Part shown: piece after piece, positions 8,537-17,464 of the stretch
Position numbering within the stretch: position 1 is the first letter of the stretch
How the letters are laid out: every line of letters starts with the position of its first letter
Assembly: GCA_030649735.1 (NCBI GenBank)
Contig: JAUSFL010000030.1
Span: 1 to 23,421 of the forward strand
Direction: 5' to 3'
Origin: Candidatus Iainarchaeum sp.
GTDB lineage: Archaea > Iainarchaeota > Iainarchaeia > Iainarchaeales > UBA10191
Length of the DNA: 23,421 nucleotides
Translations under genes and position numbers: made by a program
The notes under the pieces: model-generated
Databases searched by the model: none
Seen by the model: the letters and a program-made list of their open reading frames with translations, nothing else
What the model was told of the DNA's origin: nothing

Positions 8537-9145
8537 ATGCCGCGAGATTCAAAAAGCAAGGTTGGCGAAACGCGCTTTCAAATGGTAAAAGAACGCCATG
8601 CCTTGCTTTGGGAAAAGGCAAAGGCTGATGGAAAGGTCGATGAAAGAATGATTCCTTTAGTGGAATTCATTTTTTCAAAGCCAGAGTATTTTACAACAAC
8701 AACCTGCTCTGGAAGAATCCTTCTTTTGAACTTGGACAGCAAGGAATTGAAAAAGCCAGACTCTTTCTTTGCAAAATGGCACGAAATTCCGGAGTTTGAA
8801 GAAGTCTGGGATTCCCTAGGCAAGAAAAGTTCGCAGGACTTGTGGTTCAAGCAAGAATCTTTTGTAATGGTCATAGGCACTACAAGTTTGGAAAACGCAA
8901 AAAAAATAATGGCAATTTGCAGGAACAACGGAGTGAAAAAAGCAGGAATAATGGCTTGCGAGGAAGGCCGCTTTCTTGTAGAAATAATGGGCTCGCATTA
9001 CTTGAGCTTTCTAGCAAAGCAAGACAGCAAAGTCATAATTGAAAGAGAGTTTTTTGAAAAGCAATTCGAAACAGCAGTGAAAAAGCTAAAGATGAATTGG
9101 CAAATGCTTGACAAGCTGGAAAAAGCATTGAAAAAAGAGCTTTAG
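8537..9145 (+). CDS. taw3: tRNA(Phe) wyosine-derivative N4-methyltransferase Taw3/TYW3
   Basis: GKVD..., YFTTTTCSGRI (variant of TTSSCSGRI), KWH, G.K..GI motifs. Confidence 0.85.
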   Translation: MPRDSKSKVGETRFQMVKERHALLWEKAKADGKVDERMIPLVEFIFSKPEYFTTTTCSGRILLLNLDSKELKKPDSFFAKWHEIPEFEEVWDSLGKKSSQDLWFKQESFVMVIGTTSLENAKKIMAICRNNGVKKAGIMACEEGRFLVEIMGSHYLSFLAKQDSKVIIEREFFEKQFETAVKKLKMNWQMLDKLEKALKKEL

Positions 9146-9193
9146 CCAGTTAGCAGCAGAAAGCATTTTAATCAAAAAAAGCATTAATCTCAA

Positions 9194-9907
9194 ATGTTTT
9201 CACTTTTCTTCAAGTTCTTGAAAGAGCCAAGCACAATCTTGCTGATCCTTGCAAACTTGGCAATCTCGGTTTGGGCCGCAAGTTCGGCAAACATTTTGCT
9301 GCTCGCCGCAATTTACTGGCTGCAAACAGTGCTTTCATTTTTTTTCTATTTCCTGAAAATACCACTAGTCAGCAAGAAAAATCCGGAAGTGAGAAAAGAC
9401 CTTTATTTGTCATTCGCAGCCATGCTTTTCCTGTTCTTCTTTTTGAGCATCTTCCTGCCCTTCATAGTATTGTTCAGGATTTCCACATTCAGCTTTTCCA
9501 CTTCAGGAACTGGCCTTCTGCTGATGCTTATTGCGCCATTAGCGTTCCTGTCCATTTATGTCCTCAATTTTTTCTGGAATTTCATTTTAAATAAGCCAAA
9601 GGACATAAGTGATTTCAAAGTCAGCGCCGAAGACATTGAAAACTTCAAGAAAAGCATTGAGTTCTCAAATTGGAATGCAAAACGGCTTAATAAAAAGCCG
9701 ATTGAGTTTCCAAAAGACAATGCCAAATTGAAGCAAATGATCCAAATTGGAAAATTCAATGGTTCAGAATTGCCCGGCGTAGTAGCCTTGATAATTTTTG
9801 TTTTCTTTGGAATTTTCCTTTTCGGAAACTTCTCTCTTGTACTGGGTTTTGGGCTTGCAAAAACAGCTGCTGAAGTCGGTGCAGAATACCAAGTATATTC
9901 AAGATAG
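9194..9907 (+). CDS. Hypothetical polytopic membrane protein (DUF6498-like)
   Basis: Multiple TM helices; LILANL...LL..IYW.Q and C-terminal K...E pattern; the family call is tentative. Confidence 0.6.
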   Translation: MFSLFFKFLKEPSTILLILANLAISVWAASSANILLLAAIYWLQTVLSFFFYFLKIPLVSKKNPEVRKDLYLSFAAMLFLFFFLSIFLPFIVLFRISTFSFSTSGTGLLLMLIAPLAFLSIYVLNFFWNFILNKPKDISDFKVSAEDIENFKKSIEFSNWNAKRLNKKPIEFPKDNAKLKQMIQIGKFNGSELPGVVALIIFVFFGIFLFGNFSLVLGFGLAKTAAEVGAEYQVYSR

Positions 9908-10972
9908 TCAAAGAACGAAAACTTTCGGCTTTTTGTAGCTGATTTCCCAAGCAAGGCTTGCACAATACGCGCCGACATTTTTTACGGCAATCAAATCATT
10001 TTCTTTCAAATTCAACATTGTAGTGCCTAGAATGTCATTTCCAAACAACAAAGGCCCAACAAGCTTGAACTGTCTTTTCTGCCCCAAATTTTCAGTCAAA
10101 GGCTCAAACTCAAAACTTTCAAGAACAATTTTTTGCAAAACATTAATGCCTGCATCCAAAACCGCAATTCTTTCGCCATTCAACTCTTTCACTGCGCAAA
10201 CTTTGCAAACCAAAATCATTGAGTCAGCAACTAGAATTCTTCCAGGCTCGAAAACAATTATCTTGTCATCAAGTGTAGTGCCTAACTCTTTCTTTACTAC
10301 TTTGAGAAAATCATGCAATGAAATTCCCAAAGAATTCATTTTTGGAAAGCTTGGAAAGCCAGAGCCAAAATCCAAAAATTCAAAATCCCAAAGCTTTACC
10401 GCGGCCTTGAAATCTTTCAAAAAACTTTCATAATCCTTCAGGCTATTTTGCACTCCAGGATGCGCATGCAACAAAACAACCTTGCAATTGCAATGCTCTG
10501 CCTTTGCAAGGAATTCAGGAATTTTCGAAAGCTCTATTCCAAACTTGCTTGCTACATTAAGCCTGACTCCAATTTTCAAAGCCTTGCGCTTAATCTTTTT
10601 CCTGACTGCATTGAGTTTTTCCAATTCGGAAAAAGAATCAGCAATAACAATTGCGTCCTGCCTTACTGCTTCCTCAAGCTCTTTTTCTTTCTTGCAGCAG
10701 CCATTGAACACTTTGAAAACCTTTTTTGATTTCACAAGCCTTAATTCTTCCAGGCTTGCGATTTCAAACCCTGTTGAAAGGGCTTTAAGAACTTCGGGAA
10801 ACTGGTTTGTTTTCACTGAATAGCAAACCCGTAGTTTTGGAAAGTAAAGCCTTGCGGTCTGCAAGAACTCCTGCTCGTTTTGCTTGAGCTTTTCCAGGCT
10901 CAAAGCAAAGAAGGGAGTTTCATTCTTTCCAACAAGAGCCAAAAGGCTTGTTCGCAATGAATCTTCAAGCAT
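9908..10972 (-). CDS. PLP-dependent decarboxylase, alanine-racemase fold (LysA/ornithine decarboxylase family)
   Basis: YSVKTN (Schiff-base Lys), FEIAS..E, HAHPG, DFGSGF, EPGR, GAY; substrate not assignable; ATG 10972 or GTG 10981. Confidence 0.8.
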   Translation of the reverse strand: MLEDSLRTSLLALVGKNETPFFALSLEKLKQNEQEFLQTARLYFPKLRVCYSVKTNQFPEVLKALSTGFEIASLEELRLVKSKKVFKVFNGCCKKEKELEEAVRQDAIVIADSFSELEKLNAVRKKIKRKALKIGVRLNVASKFGIELSKIPEFLAKAEHCNCKVVLLHAHPGVQNSLKDYESFLKDFKAAVKLWDFEFLDFGSGFPSFPKMNSLGISLHDFLKVVKKELGTTLDDKIIVFEPGRILVADSMILVCKVCAVKELNGERIAVLDAGINVLQKIVLESFEFEPLTENLGQKRQFKLVGPLLFGNDILGTTMLNLKENDLIAVKNVGAYCASLAWEISYKKPKVFVL

Positions 10973-11032
10973 TAAAACCACTACATTTTAATTAATTTAA
11001 CAACATTATAGCTTTAAAACCGGGTTTTTTGC

Positions 11033-12565
11033 ATGAACAGTCTAGAGCAAACAGTTCTTTCAGAAATTGAAAAAAAAGCCCTAAAGGCGCTGGAAACCGA
11101 AGAGACACTGACAACAGAGCAAATTGCTGAAAAGTCAGCCTTGAACTTGGATTCTGTAAGGCGCGCAATGTCCTGGCTGAATGACAAAAAGCTCGCAATA
11201 ATGCTTGAAAAAAGCACTGAAAAAATCCTGCTTTCAGACTCTGGAAAAAGGGCAATCGCTGAAGGCATTCCTGAAAAACAGCTTTTGATGCTTTTGGAGC
11301 AGGAAGGCGGAAAATCAGACCTGCACAACCTAATGCAAGAATTGAATTTGGGGAAAGAATTCAATTACGCCTTGGGAATTTTAAAGCAGAAAAACTTTGT
11401 CACAGTAGTGAAGGCAGAAAAAGGCCTTGAAGTTTCATTGACTGGCCTAGAAGAAGAAGTGAAAAAGAACGGCTTTGCAGAAGAAAGAATACTGCAAAAA
11501 ATCTTTGCGCGCCAAACGCTTTCAAGTGAAGACATGGAGCGAATTCCAGAGCTTCAAAAGCGCGGGCTTGTTGAAAAAAAAGTCATTGTGGACAGAAGCT
11601 CTAAAATCACTGCCGAAGGCTTGAAAATCACAAAGACCTTGAAGAGCAATCTGGAAGAAATCAATGCATTGACTTCAACAATCATCAAGGCAGGCTCTTG
11701 GAAAGGCAAATCATTCAAAAAATACAATATTTCAGACCCAGTTTCAGAAATTTTTGCCTGAAAAAAACAGCCTTACCTTGCTTTCCTGCAGGAAATCAGA
11801 AGAAAGCTGACTGAATGGGGCTTTCAAGAAATGCAAAGCCCGCTCTTGACTCAAGAATTCTACAATTTTGATGTCTTATTCCAGCCCCAAGACCACCCTG
11901 CAAGGACAATTCACGACACTTACCAGTTAAAGCAGCCAAAGTTCGGAAAACTCCCTAACGAAAAAATTGTCAAAAAAGTGAGAGAAGCGCACGAGTTTGG
12001 CGGAAAAACCGGAAGCAAAGGCTGGCGTTACGACTGGAACGAGCAAACTGCAAAAAAAATCATGCCCGCCTCTCAAGGCACTGCGCATTCAGCAAGGCAA
12101 TTAGTGAAAGGAGTCCAGACTCCGGGAAGGTATTTTTCAATCTCCAGGGTTTACAGGCCTGACGTCATTGACGCAAAGCACTTGATTGAATTCAACCAAT
12201 TGGAAGGATTCATTGTTGACGAGAAATTGAACTTCAAGCACTTGCTTGGAATGCTAAAAAAGCTCGCTGTCGAAGTCGGCGGCTGCGACCGCGAAAAAGT
12301 CAAGTTTTTTCCAGTGTACTTTCCATTCACTGAGCCTAGCGTGCAGGTTTCAGCATTGCACAAGGACTTTGGCTGGGTGGAACTTTGCGGCGCCGGAATG
12401 TTCAGGCCTGAAATGATGGAATCAGTTGGCTTAAATGACGTTCAGGCAATGGCTTGGGGATTTGGAATTGACCGCCTTGCAATGATGAAGCTCGGCATAA
12501 AAGACATCCGCACTTTATTCAGCGACGACTTGAAATACTTGCGGAATGCAAGGCTGGTGGGGTAA
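11033..12565 (+). CDS. pheS: Phenylalanine--tRNA ligase alpha subunit, archaeal type, interrupted by an in-frame TGA at 11759-11761
   Basis: ORFs 11033-11761 and 11831-12565 share one frame. Read through, they give 510 codons: ...[29 protein letters not shown]..., [41 protein letters not shown]. Confidence 0.9.
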
Positions 12566-12568
12566 AAA

Positions 12569-13000
12569 ATGCCTAAAAGAATTTGGACAAACCCTAAAAA
12601 AGTCGAAAGGGCAAGGCGCTCGATAATAAAAGATGTTTTGCGAGGCGCTGACGGAAAACAATTAAGGCAAGAAAACATTAGGAACGTATTGCAAGAAGCC
12701 AATAGGTTACTGCCAGGAAAATTAGTGAACACTAAAGAAATGCGGCTTTTTTCCAGAATGACAAGGGCTGCAAGCCATACTGCTGCAAAAGAGAGTTTTA
12801 TTCAAGCGCACTTCCACAGGAATCCTGAAAGAAAAGCAGCAAGAATTGATGCCGACTTGCAGCAATACGGAAAATACCGCTATGACATAGCGCCCGGAGA
12901 GAAAAAGAAAACGCGCCATTTACAAGAAACTGTTTTAAGAAAGCTAAAACATTATGAAGAAAAGAGAGTTCAAAAAGCCAGAAATGCAAGGAACAATTAA
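12569..13000 (+). CDS. Basic hypothetical protein (MPKR...), paralogue of 13296-13787
   Basis: Starts 3 nt after the pheS stop with GTGGGG upstream; aligns with the 13296 ORF. Confidence 0.75.
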   Translation: MPKRIWTNPKKVERARRSIIKDVLRGADGKQLRQENIRNVLQEANRLLPGKLVNTKEMRLFSRMTRAASHTAAKESFIQAHFHRNPERKAARIDADLQQYGKYRYDIAPGEKKKTRHLQETVLRKLKHYEEKRVQKARNARNN

Positions 13001-13012
13001 AGAGTTGAGAAA

Positions 13013-13303
13013 ATGCCAAAACCAAGACAACAATTAAAGCCATTGACTCTAATGCAAATGCAGCTTGGGAAAAAAAGATTGTTTGCAAAATCAGAATCGC
13101 AAGGGATTATAATTGACAAGCATTATGATTGGAAAAACCCAGTATTCAAGAAAAAGCCGGAATTTGCGGAAATAGCGCGCAAAAGAGCAGATGCGGAAGT
13201 TGCTTATTTTGGCAGAAACCGTTTCATAAAACGCGGGCAGACAAAAGCAATTCTAAGAAAAACAGAAGATGATTCAAGAAAATCGGGGAGAAAAAATGCC
13301 TAA
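13013..13303 (+). CDS. Basic hypothetical protein (MPKP...)
   Basis: 96-aa ORF tiling the gap in the operon on the same strand; Lys/Arg-rich. Confidence 0.65.
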   Translation: MPKPRQQLKPLTLMQMQLGKKRLFAKSESQGIIIDKHYDWKNPVFKKKPEFAEIARKRADAEVAYFGRNRFIKRGQTKAILRKTEDDSRKSGRKNA

Positions 13304-13787
13304 ACCAATAAAACCCAGAAAAATTGAAATGGCAAGGCGCTCGCTGATAAGGGATTATTTTAGAGGAAATGCCCGAAAGGACATTCCAACTTCAGAAATC
13401 AAAAGAGTTTCAGAACTGGCTGCAAAGTTGGCGCCTGAAAAGGCAAGATACAGCGCTGCAATGAGCACAGACCTTAAGGAAGTGAGGCAGCGAAGTCAAG
13501 ATGTCGCGAGAAGGGCTTTTGTTAAAGCCCATGCAGGCAGAACGCCAGCAAGGGCAAATGCAAGAGTCAGTGCGGATTTGGATCATTATAATAGAAACAG
13601 GCACTCACTAGTATATGGGTTGAATAAAGGCCAAATGCACAGGCTTGAAGACTCAATAAGAATGCGGCAAAGGTCTTTGAGCCTGATGAAAAATCCAACA
13701 CGGACAGAGCTTGAAAGATTGCAAAACATGAAAACCCCAAAAGAAATTGGGGAAATTCGAAGAGCCAAAAAGGCAAGGAAAAATTAA
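13296..13787 (+). CDS. Basic hypothetical protein (MPKP...), paralogue of 12569-13000
   Basis: GGGGAG Shine-Dalgarno-like site before ATG 13296; ends 3 nt before pheT. Confidence 0.75.
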   Translation: MPKPIKPRKIEMARRSLIRDYFRGNARKDIPTSEIKRVSELAAKLAPEKARYSAAMSTDLKEVRQRSQDVARRAFVKAHAGRTPARANARVSADLDHYNRNRHSLVYGLNKGQMHRLEDSIRMRQRSLSLMKNPTRTELERLQNMKTPKEIGEIRRAKKARKN

Positions 13788-13790
13788 AGG

Positions 13791-15452
13791 ATGATGAAAA
13801 TGGTCACAGTAAATTTTCAATTAAAGGATTTTGAAAGACTTGCCGGCAAAAAATTCTCGAAAGAGCAGTTGGAAGACGCAGTGCTTTTTGCAAAGTCTGA
13901 ATTGGAAAGCTTTGATGAAAAAACCTGCGAAGTGGCTGTTGAAATTTCAGACACCAACAGGCCAGACCTTTGGAGCATTGAAGGAATTGCGCGCTCAATA
14001 AGGCCTTTTTATGGCGGAAAGCAATTGGAAAACCCAAAAATGAAAGCATCGGGCCTTCAAGTGAAGATTGAAAAGTCAGTGAAGGAAGCAAGGCCTTTCA
14101 CTGTTTGCGGAGTGATAAAAGACATCCAGGTTGACGAGCCGCTTTTGATAAGCCTGATTCAAATGCAGGAAAAAATCTGCAATACTTTTGGAAGAAAAAG
14201 AAAGGAAGCTGCGATTGGAATTTACGATTTTGACAAAGTGCACGGCAACATCAAGTATTATGGAGCAGAGCCGCGCAAGACAAAATTCATTCCGTTAGAG
14301 TTCAACAATGAAATGGACTTGGATGAAATACTTGAATTGCACCCTAAAGGAATTGAATTTAGGAACTTGCTGAAGGGAGCAAAACTCTACCCAATCTTTG
14401 AGGATTCTGAAGGCCACATTCTCTCAATGCCGCCGATAATAAACAGCAATTATTCCGGAAAAGTAGAGCCTGGAAAAAGAAACTTGTTCGTTGAAGTTTC
14501 GGGCTTTAACATTGAAACAATAAGCACTGCCTTGAAAGTGCTCATGCTTGCGTTTTTAGAGCGCGGCGGAACCTTGGAAACAGTGAAGGTCACAGACGCT
14601 AATGGAAAGGCGTTCATTACCCCTGCATTTGACAGGGAAAAAATAATTTTGGAAATTGAATTCTTGAACAAAATCGCTGGAATGGAATTCACTCCAAGGC
14701 AGGCGCTGGAGCTTTTGGAAAAAATGCATTATGCCGGAAAAGTCGTTGGAAAAAAACTGCATTTGGAAACTCCGATTTTCAGGAGCGACATTCTGCACCA
14801 AATTGACATTGTGGAAGACGTGCTCATGGCTTTTGGCTACAATAAAATCCAGCCAGAATCACTGGATTTTTTCACGCAAGGCTCTGAATTGAAGGAAACA
14901 AAAAACATTGACAGAGTTCGCGAAGCCTGCGTTGGACTGGGCTTGCAGGAAATTTTGACTTTCACAATGACTTCCAAGGAAAAGCAAGAGTCCAAAATGC
15001 TTTTGAAGGAAGAGCAGTTTGCTGAATTGGAGAATTACTTAAGCATAAACTACCAAATTTTCCGAAAGGCATTATTGCCCGAAGTCTTGGATTTTTTGGC
15101 AAAAAACAAGACTGTAGAATTGCCTCACGCGGTTTTTGAGGCTGGAAAGACAATAGAGCTTCATTCTGGAAGCGAAACCGGGGTTTTGGAAAAGCAAAAG
15201 ATTTGCATTGCGCTAAGCGGTTCTTCAGGATTGAACTTCAACAATGCAAAAAGCCAATTGCAGGCGCTTTCAAAAATGCTTGGCTTTGAGTTTTCCCTGC
15301 AGGAATGCAAAAGGCCTTTCTTGATTGATGGAAGAAGCGCTGAAATAATCATTGGAAAAAAGGCTGTTGGATTGATTGGCGAAGTCAGCCCGCAAGTTTT
15401 GCAGAATTTTGGGATAGAAAACCCAGTGGCAATGCTGGAAGTTGAAATCTGA
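13791..15452 (+). CDS. pheT: Phenylalanine--tRNA ligase beta subunit, archaeal type
   Basis: DTNRPDLWSIEGIAR, QEKI...GRKR...AIGIYD, LSMPPIINS, RSDILHQIDIVEDV; about 550 aa. Confidence 0.95.
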   Translation: MMKMVTVNFQLKDFERLAGKKFSKEQLEDAVLFAKSELESFDEKTCEVAVEISDTNRPDLWSIEGIARSIRPFYGGKQLENPKMKASGLQVKIEKSVKEARPFTVCGVIKDIQVDEPLLISLIQMQEKICNTFGRKRKEAAIGIYDFDKVHGNIKYYGAEPRKTKFIPLEFNNEMDLDEILELHPKGIEFRNLLKGAKLYPIFEDSEGHILSMPPIINSNYSGKVEPGKRNLFVEVSGFNIETISTALKVLMLAFLERGGTLETVKVTDANGKAFITPAFDREKIILEIEFLNKIAGMEFTPRQALELLEKMHYAGKVVGKKLHLETPIFRSDILHQIDIVEDVLMAFGYNKIQPESLDFFTQGSELKETKNIDRVREACVGLGLQEILTFTMTSKEKQESKMLLKEEQFAELENYLSINYQIFRKALLPEVLDFLAKNKTVELPHAVFEAGKTIELHSGSETGVLEKQKICIALSGSSGLNFNNAKSQLQALSKMLGFEFSLQECKRPFLIDGRSAEIIIGKKAVGLIGEVSPQVLQNFGIENPVAMLEVEI

Positions 15453-15461
15453 AAAAAGAAT

Positions 15462-15920
15462 TCATATTTTTAGCTTATCAAGCAGGCTTTTTGGAATCCC
15501 GAACCTTTTCTCGAGGACGGCTTCAGAATAGCCTCTTTGAACAAGGCTTTTCACTGCAGAATTGACTTCGGCTTCAGGAAATTTCAGGACATTCAAGGCG
15601 CGGACTCCAAAGCCCTGCATTAAAAGAACTTCAGCGGCAGAGACTTTACGGTTTGAAATCTGCAGTTTAAGGTCTTTTGCGGAATATCCTTGCTTGACAA
15701 ATTTAAGGGCGGCCCTTGTTTTGGAATTAAAGGACGCAATTCTTCGCGCTTCAAGTTCGGCGGCATTGTGGAATTTATGCGCTGCGGTTTCAGGCTTTGG
15801 CAAGAAAGACCGCAATAAAGAATGCGCGTTCGCTTCATTTATTGCAATGATTTTTGCGTTTGCCCTTGGAGCTTTCCTTGCAGCCAAAGGCGTTCTTTTT
15901 GGCATTATGCTTGCTGGCAT
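15462..15920 (-). CDS. Basic hypothetical protein (MPASIMPKRTP...)
   Basis: Co-oriented downstream of rfcL; the alternative ATG 15905 gives MPKRTPL; C-terminal half has repeated (Q/R)G(Y/F)S-type units. Confidence 0.6.
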   Translation of the reverse strand: MPASIMPKRTPLAARKAPRANAKIIAINEANAHSLLRSFLPKPETAAHKFHNAAELEARRIASFNSKTRAALKFVKQGYSAKDLKLQISNRKVSAAEVLLMQGFGVRALNVLKFPEAEVNSAVKSLVQRGYSEAVLEKRFGIPKSLLDKLKI

Positions 15921-15955
15921 GATAATCTAAAGAAAAAAGTAGTATTTATTCCTTT

Positions 15956-17401
15956 TCAGAACAGCCTTGTCTGCTTTCCGTCAATTGCTGGCTTTGCGGG
16001 CTTTTCGCTTTCTTCAACTTCAGGATTTCCGGCTTTCAGGATTTCTTTCTCTGCAATTTCTGCCTCGAATGGAGTAGTGCCTTGCAATGCCTTGCGCTTT
16101 TTAGTGGCAAAATTTTTCCTTAATTCTGCAGCGTCTTCCAGAATGCTTTTGACCCATTTGCTGTCGGCTTTCTTTCCAGTCAAGAAAGCCAAGTCGTCAT
16201 CGTCAAACTCGAACAATGCAGTCCATTCGCGGATTTTCTTGTCGTCCTTGAAAACTGGCTCCAAAAAAACCAGGTCTTCATTCATTATTTGCTTTATTGA
16301 ACCGTGCACTTTGCCCTGCATTTTCTCTGCAACGCCTTTTTTTCCGGCCCTTAATCCTTTTGAGGCGCCCAAAGTCGAGATTTTTTCAGGAAACCTGTAG
16401 CCTACAAAGCCTGGATAGTGGTGCTCGCGCTGTATTGCAACTCCGGAAGTGGAGAGTTCTGAAGAATAGCGCAAAAACCCGTAATGCTGCCTTTTGAAAA
16501 TTCGGCCGTTAAAAATGTCTGCCCTGCTCAAGTAATTGAAAGCCCTTGCGTTGTCATCGGCTTGCTTGAAATGCCTGGGAATGTTTTCTTCAATCCATGA
16601 AAAAAGCATGCTGGAGTCAACGTCTGCAGTGAAGCGCGCGTTCTGGCATTCCTCGATTGTTTTTGCGTGAAAGATTTTCTGCAAGACCTTGAAAACATCC
16701 TGCTGCCTTTCGCGAAAGCCCATTTCTTTAACGTCCTGCACAGTGATTTTTTTAGAATGCTCCACAATTGTCTGAAGGTCCAAAAGCACTGAGCGAATGT
16801 CCCCGTTTGCTGACTTTGCCAGTTCTTCAATGCTTTTCAGGTCATAGTCTATTTTTTCAGAATCGCAAATCCTTATCAAAAACTTTGCTATAGAGTCAGC
16901 GCGGGGCTTGTCAAACTTTACAATCTCGCACTGCGCTTTGATTGAAGAGAGTTTTTTGCCTGCATCGCCGTAAATTTCATTGCATGTCAGGATCATTGGC
17001 TGCGATGCCTGCTTCAGCAATGCCCCAATTGCCGCAGAGCCGCCTTTGTCTGCAGTTCCCTGCAAGCCGTCAACTTCATCAATCAAGACTAGCCTTAACT
17101 CTCCGGAAAAGCTGGAATTCAATGCCGCGGCGCCTGCAACTCTTTCAATGATGTCTTTTGTCCGAAAGTCGCTTGCGTTCAATTCAAACAATTGCCAGCC
17201 AGTCTCTTTTGCGGTTATTTCAGCCAGCAGTGTCTTTCCCAATCCAGTGTTTCCAAAAAACAATAATGGCTTTTGCTTTATTCCATTCTTCCAGCCATCG
17301 CTCCATTTTCTTACAGCAGCGATTGCTGAAGGGTTTCCCACAATCTCTGAAAACTTTTGCGGGGCAAACTTTTCAGTCCAAAGCAATGCTTTTTCAGGCA
17401 T
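15956..17401 (-). CDS. rfcL: Replication factor C large subunit
   Basis: WTEKFAP, Walker A GNTGLGKT, ELNASDFR, LIDEVDG, GDIRS, WIEEN, C-terminal PIP-box-like KQTRLF. Confidence 0.95.
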   Translation of the reverse strand: MPEKALLWTEKFAPQKFSEIVGNPSAIAAVRKWSDGWKNGIKQKPLLFFGNTGLGKTLLAEITAKETGWQLFELNASDFRTKDIIERVAGAAALNSSFSGELRLVLIDEVDGLQGTADKGGSAAIGALLKQASQPMILTCNEIYGDAGKKLSSIKAQCEIVKFDKPRADSIAKFLIRICDSEKIDYDLKSIEELAKSANGDIRSVLLDLQTIVEHSKKITVQDVKEMGFRERQQDVFKVLQKIFHAKTIEECQNARFTADVDSSMLFSWIEENIPRHFKQADDNARAFNYLSRADIFNGRIFKRQHYGFLRYSSELSTSGVAIQREHHYPGFVGYRFPEKISTLGASKGLRAGKKGVAEKMQGKVHGSIKQIMNEDLVFLEPVFKDDKKIREWTALFEFDDDDLAFLTGKKADSKWVKSILEDAAELRKNFATKKRKALQGTTPFEAEIAEKEILKAGNPEVEESEKPAKPAIDGKQTRLF

Positions 17402-17464
17402 GATTTAACTCCTGAAGAAAAAAGTTAATAACCCTGATTCCCAACTAATTAAAGTGCTTGAAGA

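Noticed and set aside
9908-10972. Assigning the symbol lysA
   Set aside because: The family is clear, but the CE specificity motif is missing and no dap genes are nearby
11759-11761. Selenocysteine at the pheS TGA
   Set aside because: The position corresponds to Gly, not Cys, in homologues; no SECIS-like hairpin was recognised and no sel genes are in the window
11831-12565. pheS as a genuine two-gene split with the second ORF starting at ATG 11831
   Set aside because: This would discard the 23 in-frame codons forming the class II motif-1 helix, which are well conserved here
15822-16400. 192-aa plus-strand ORF, and the similar ORF at 20656-21243
   Set aside because: Antisense to rfcL and cdc6 respectively; composition is typical of reverse-strand shadows
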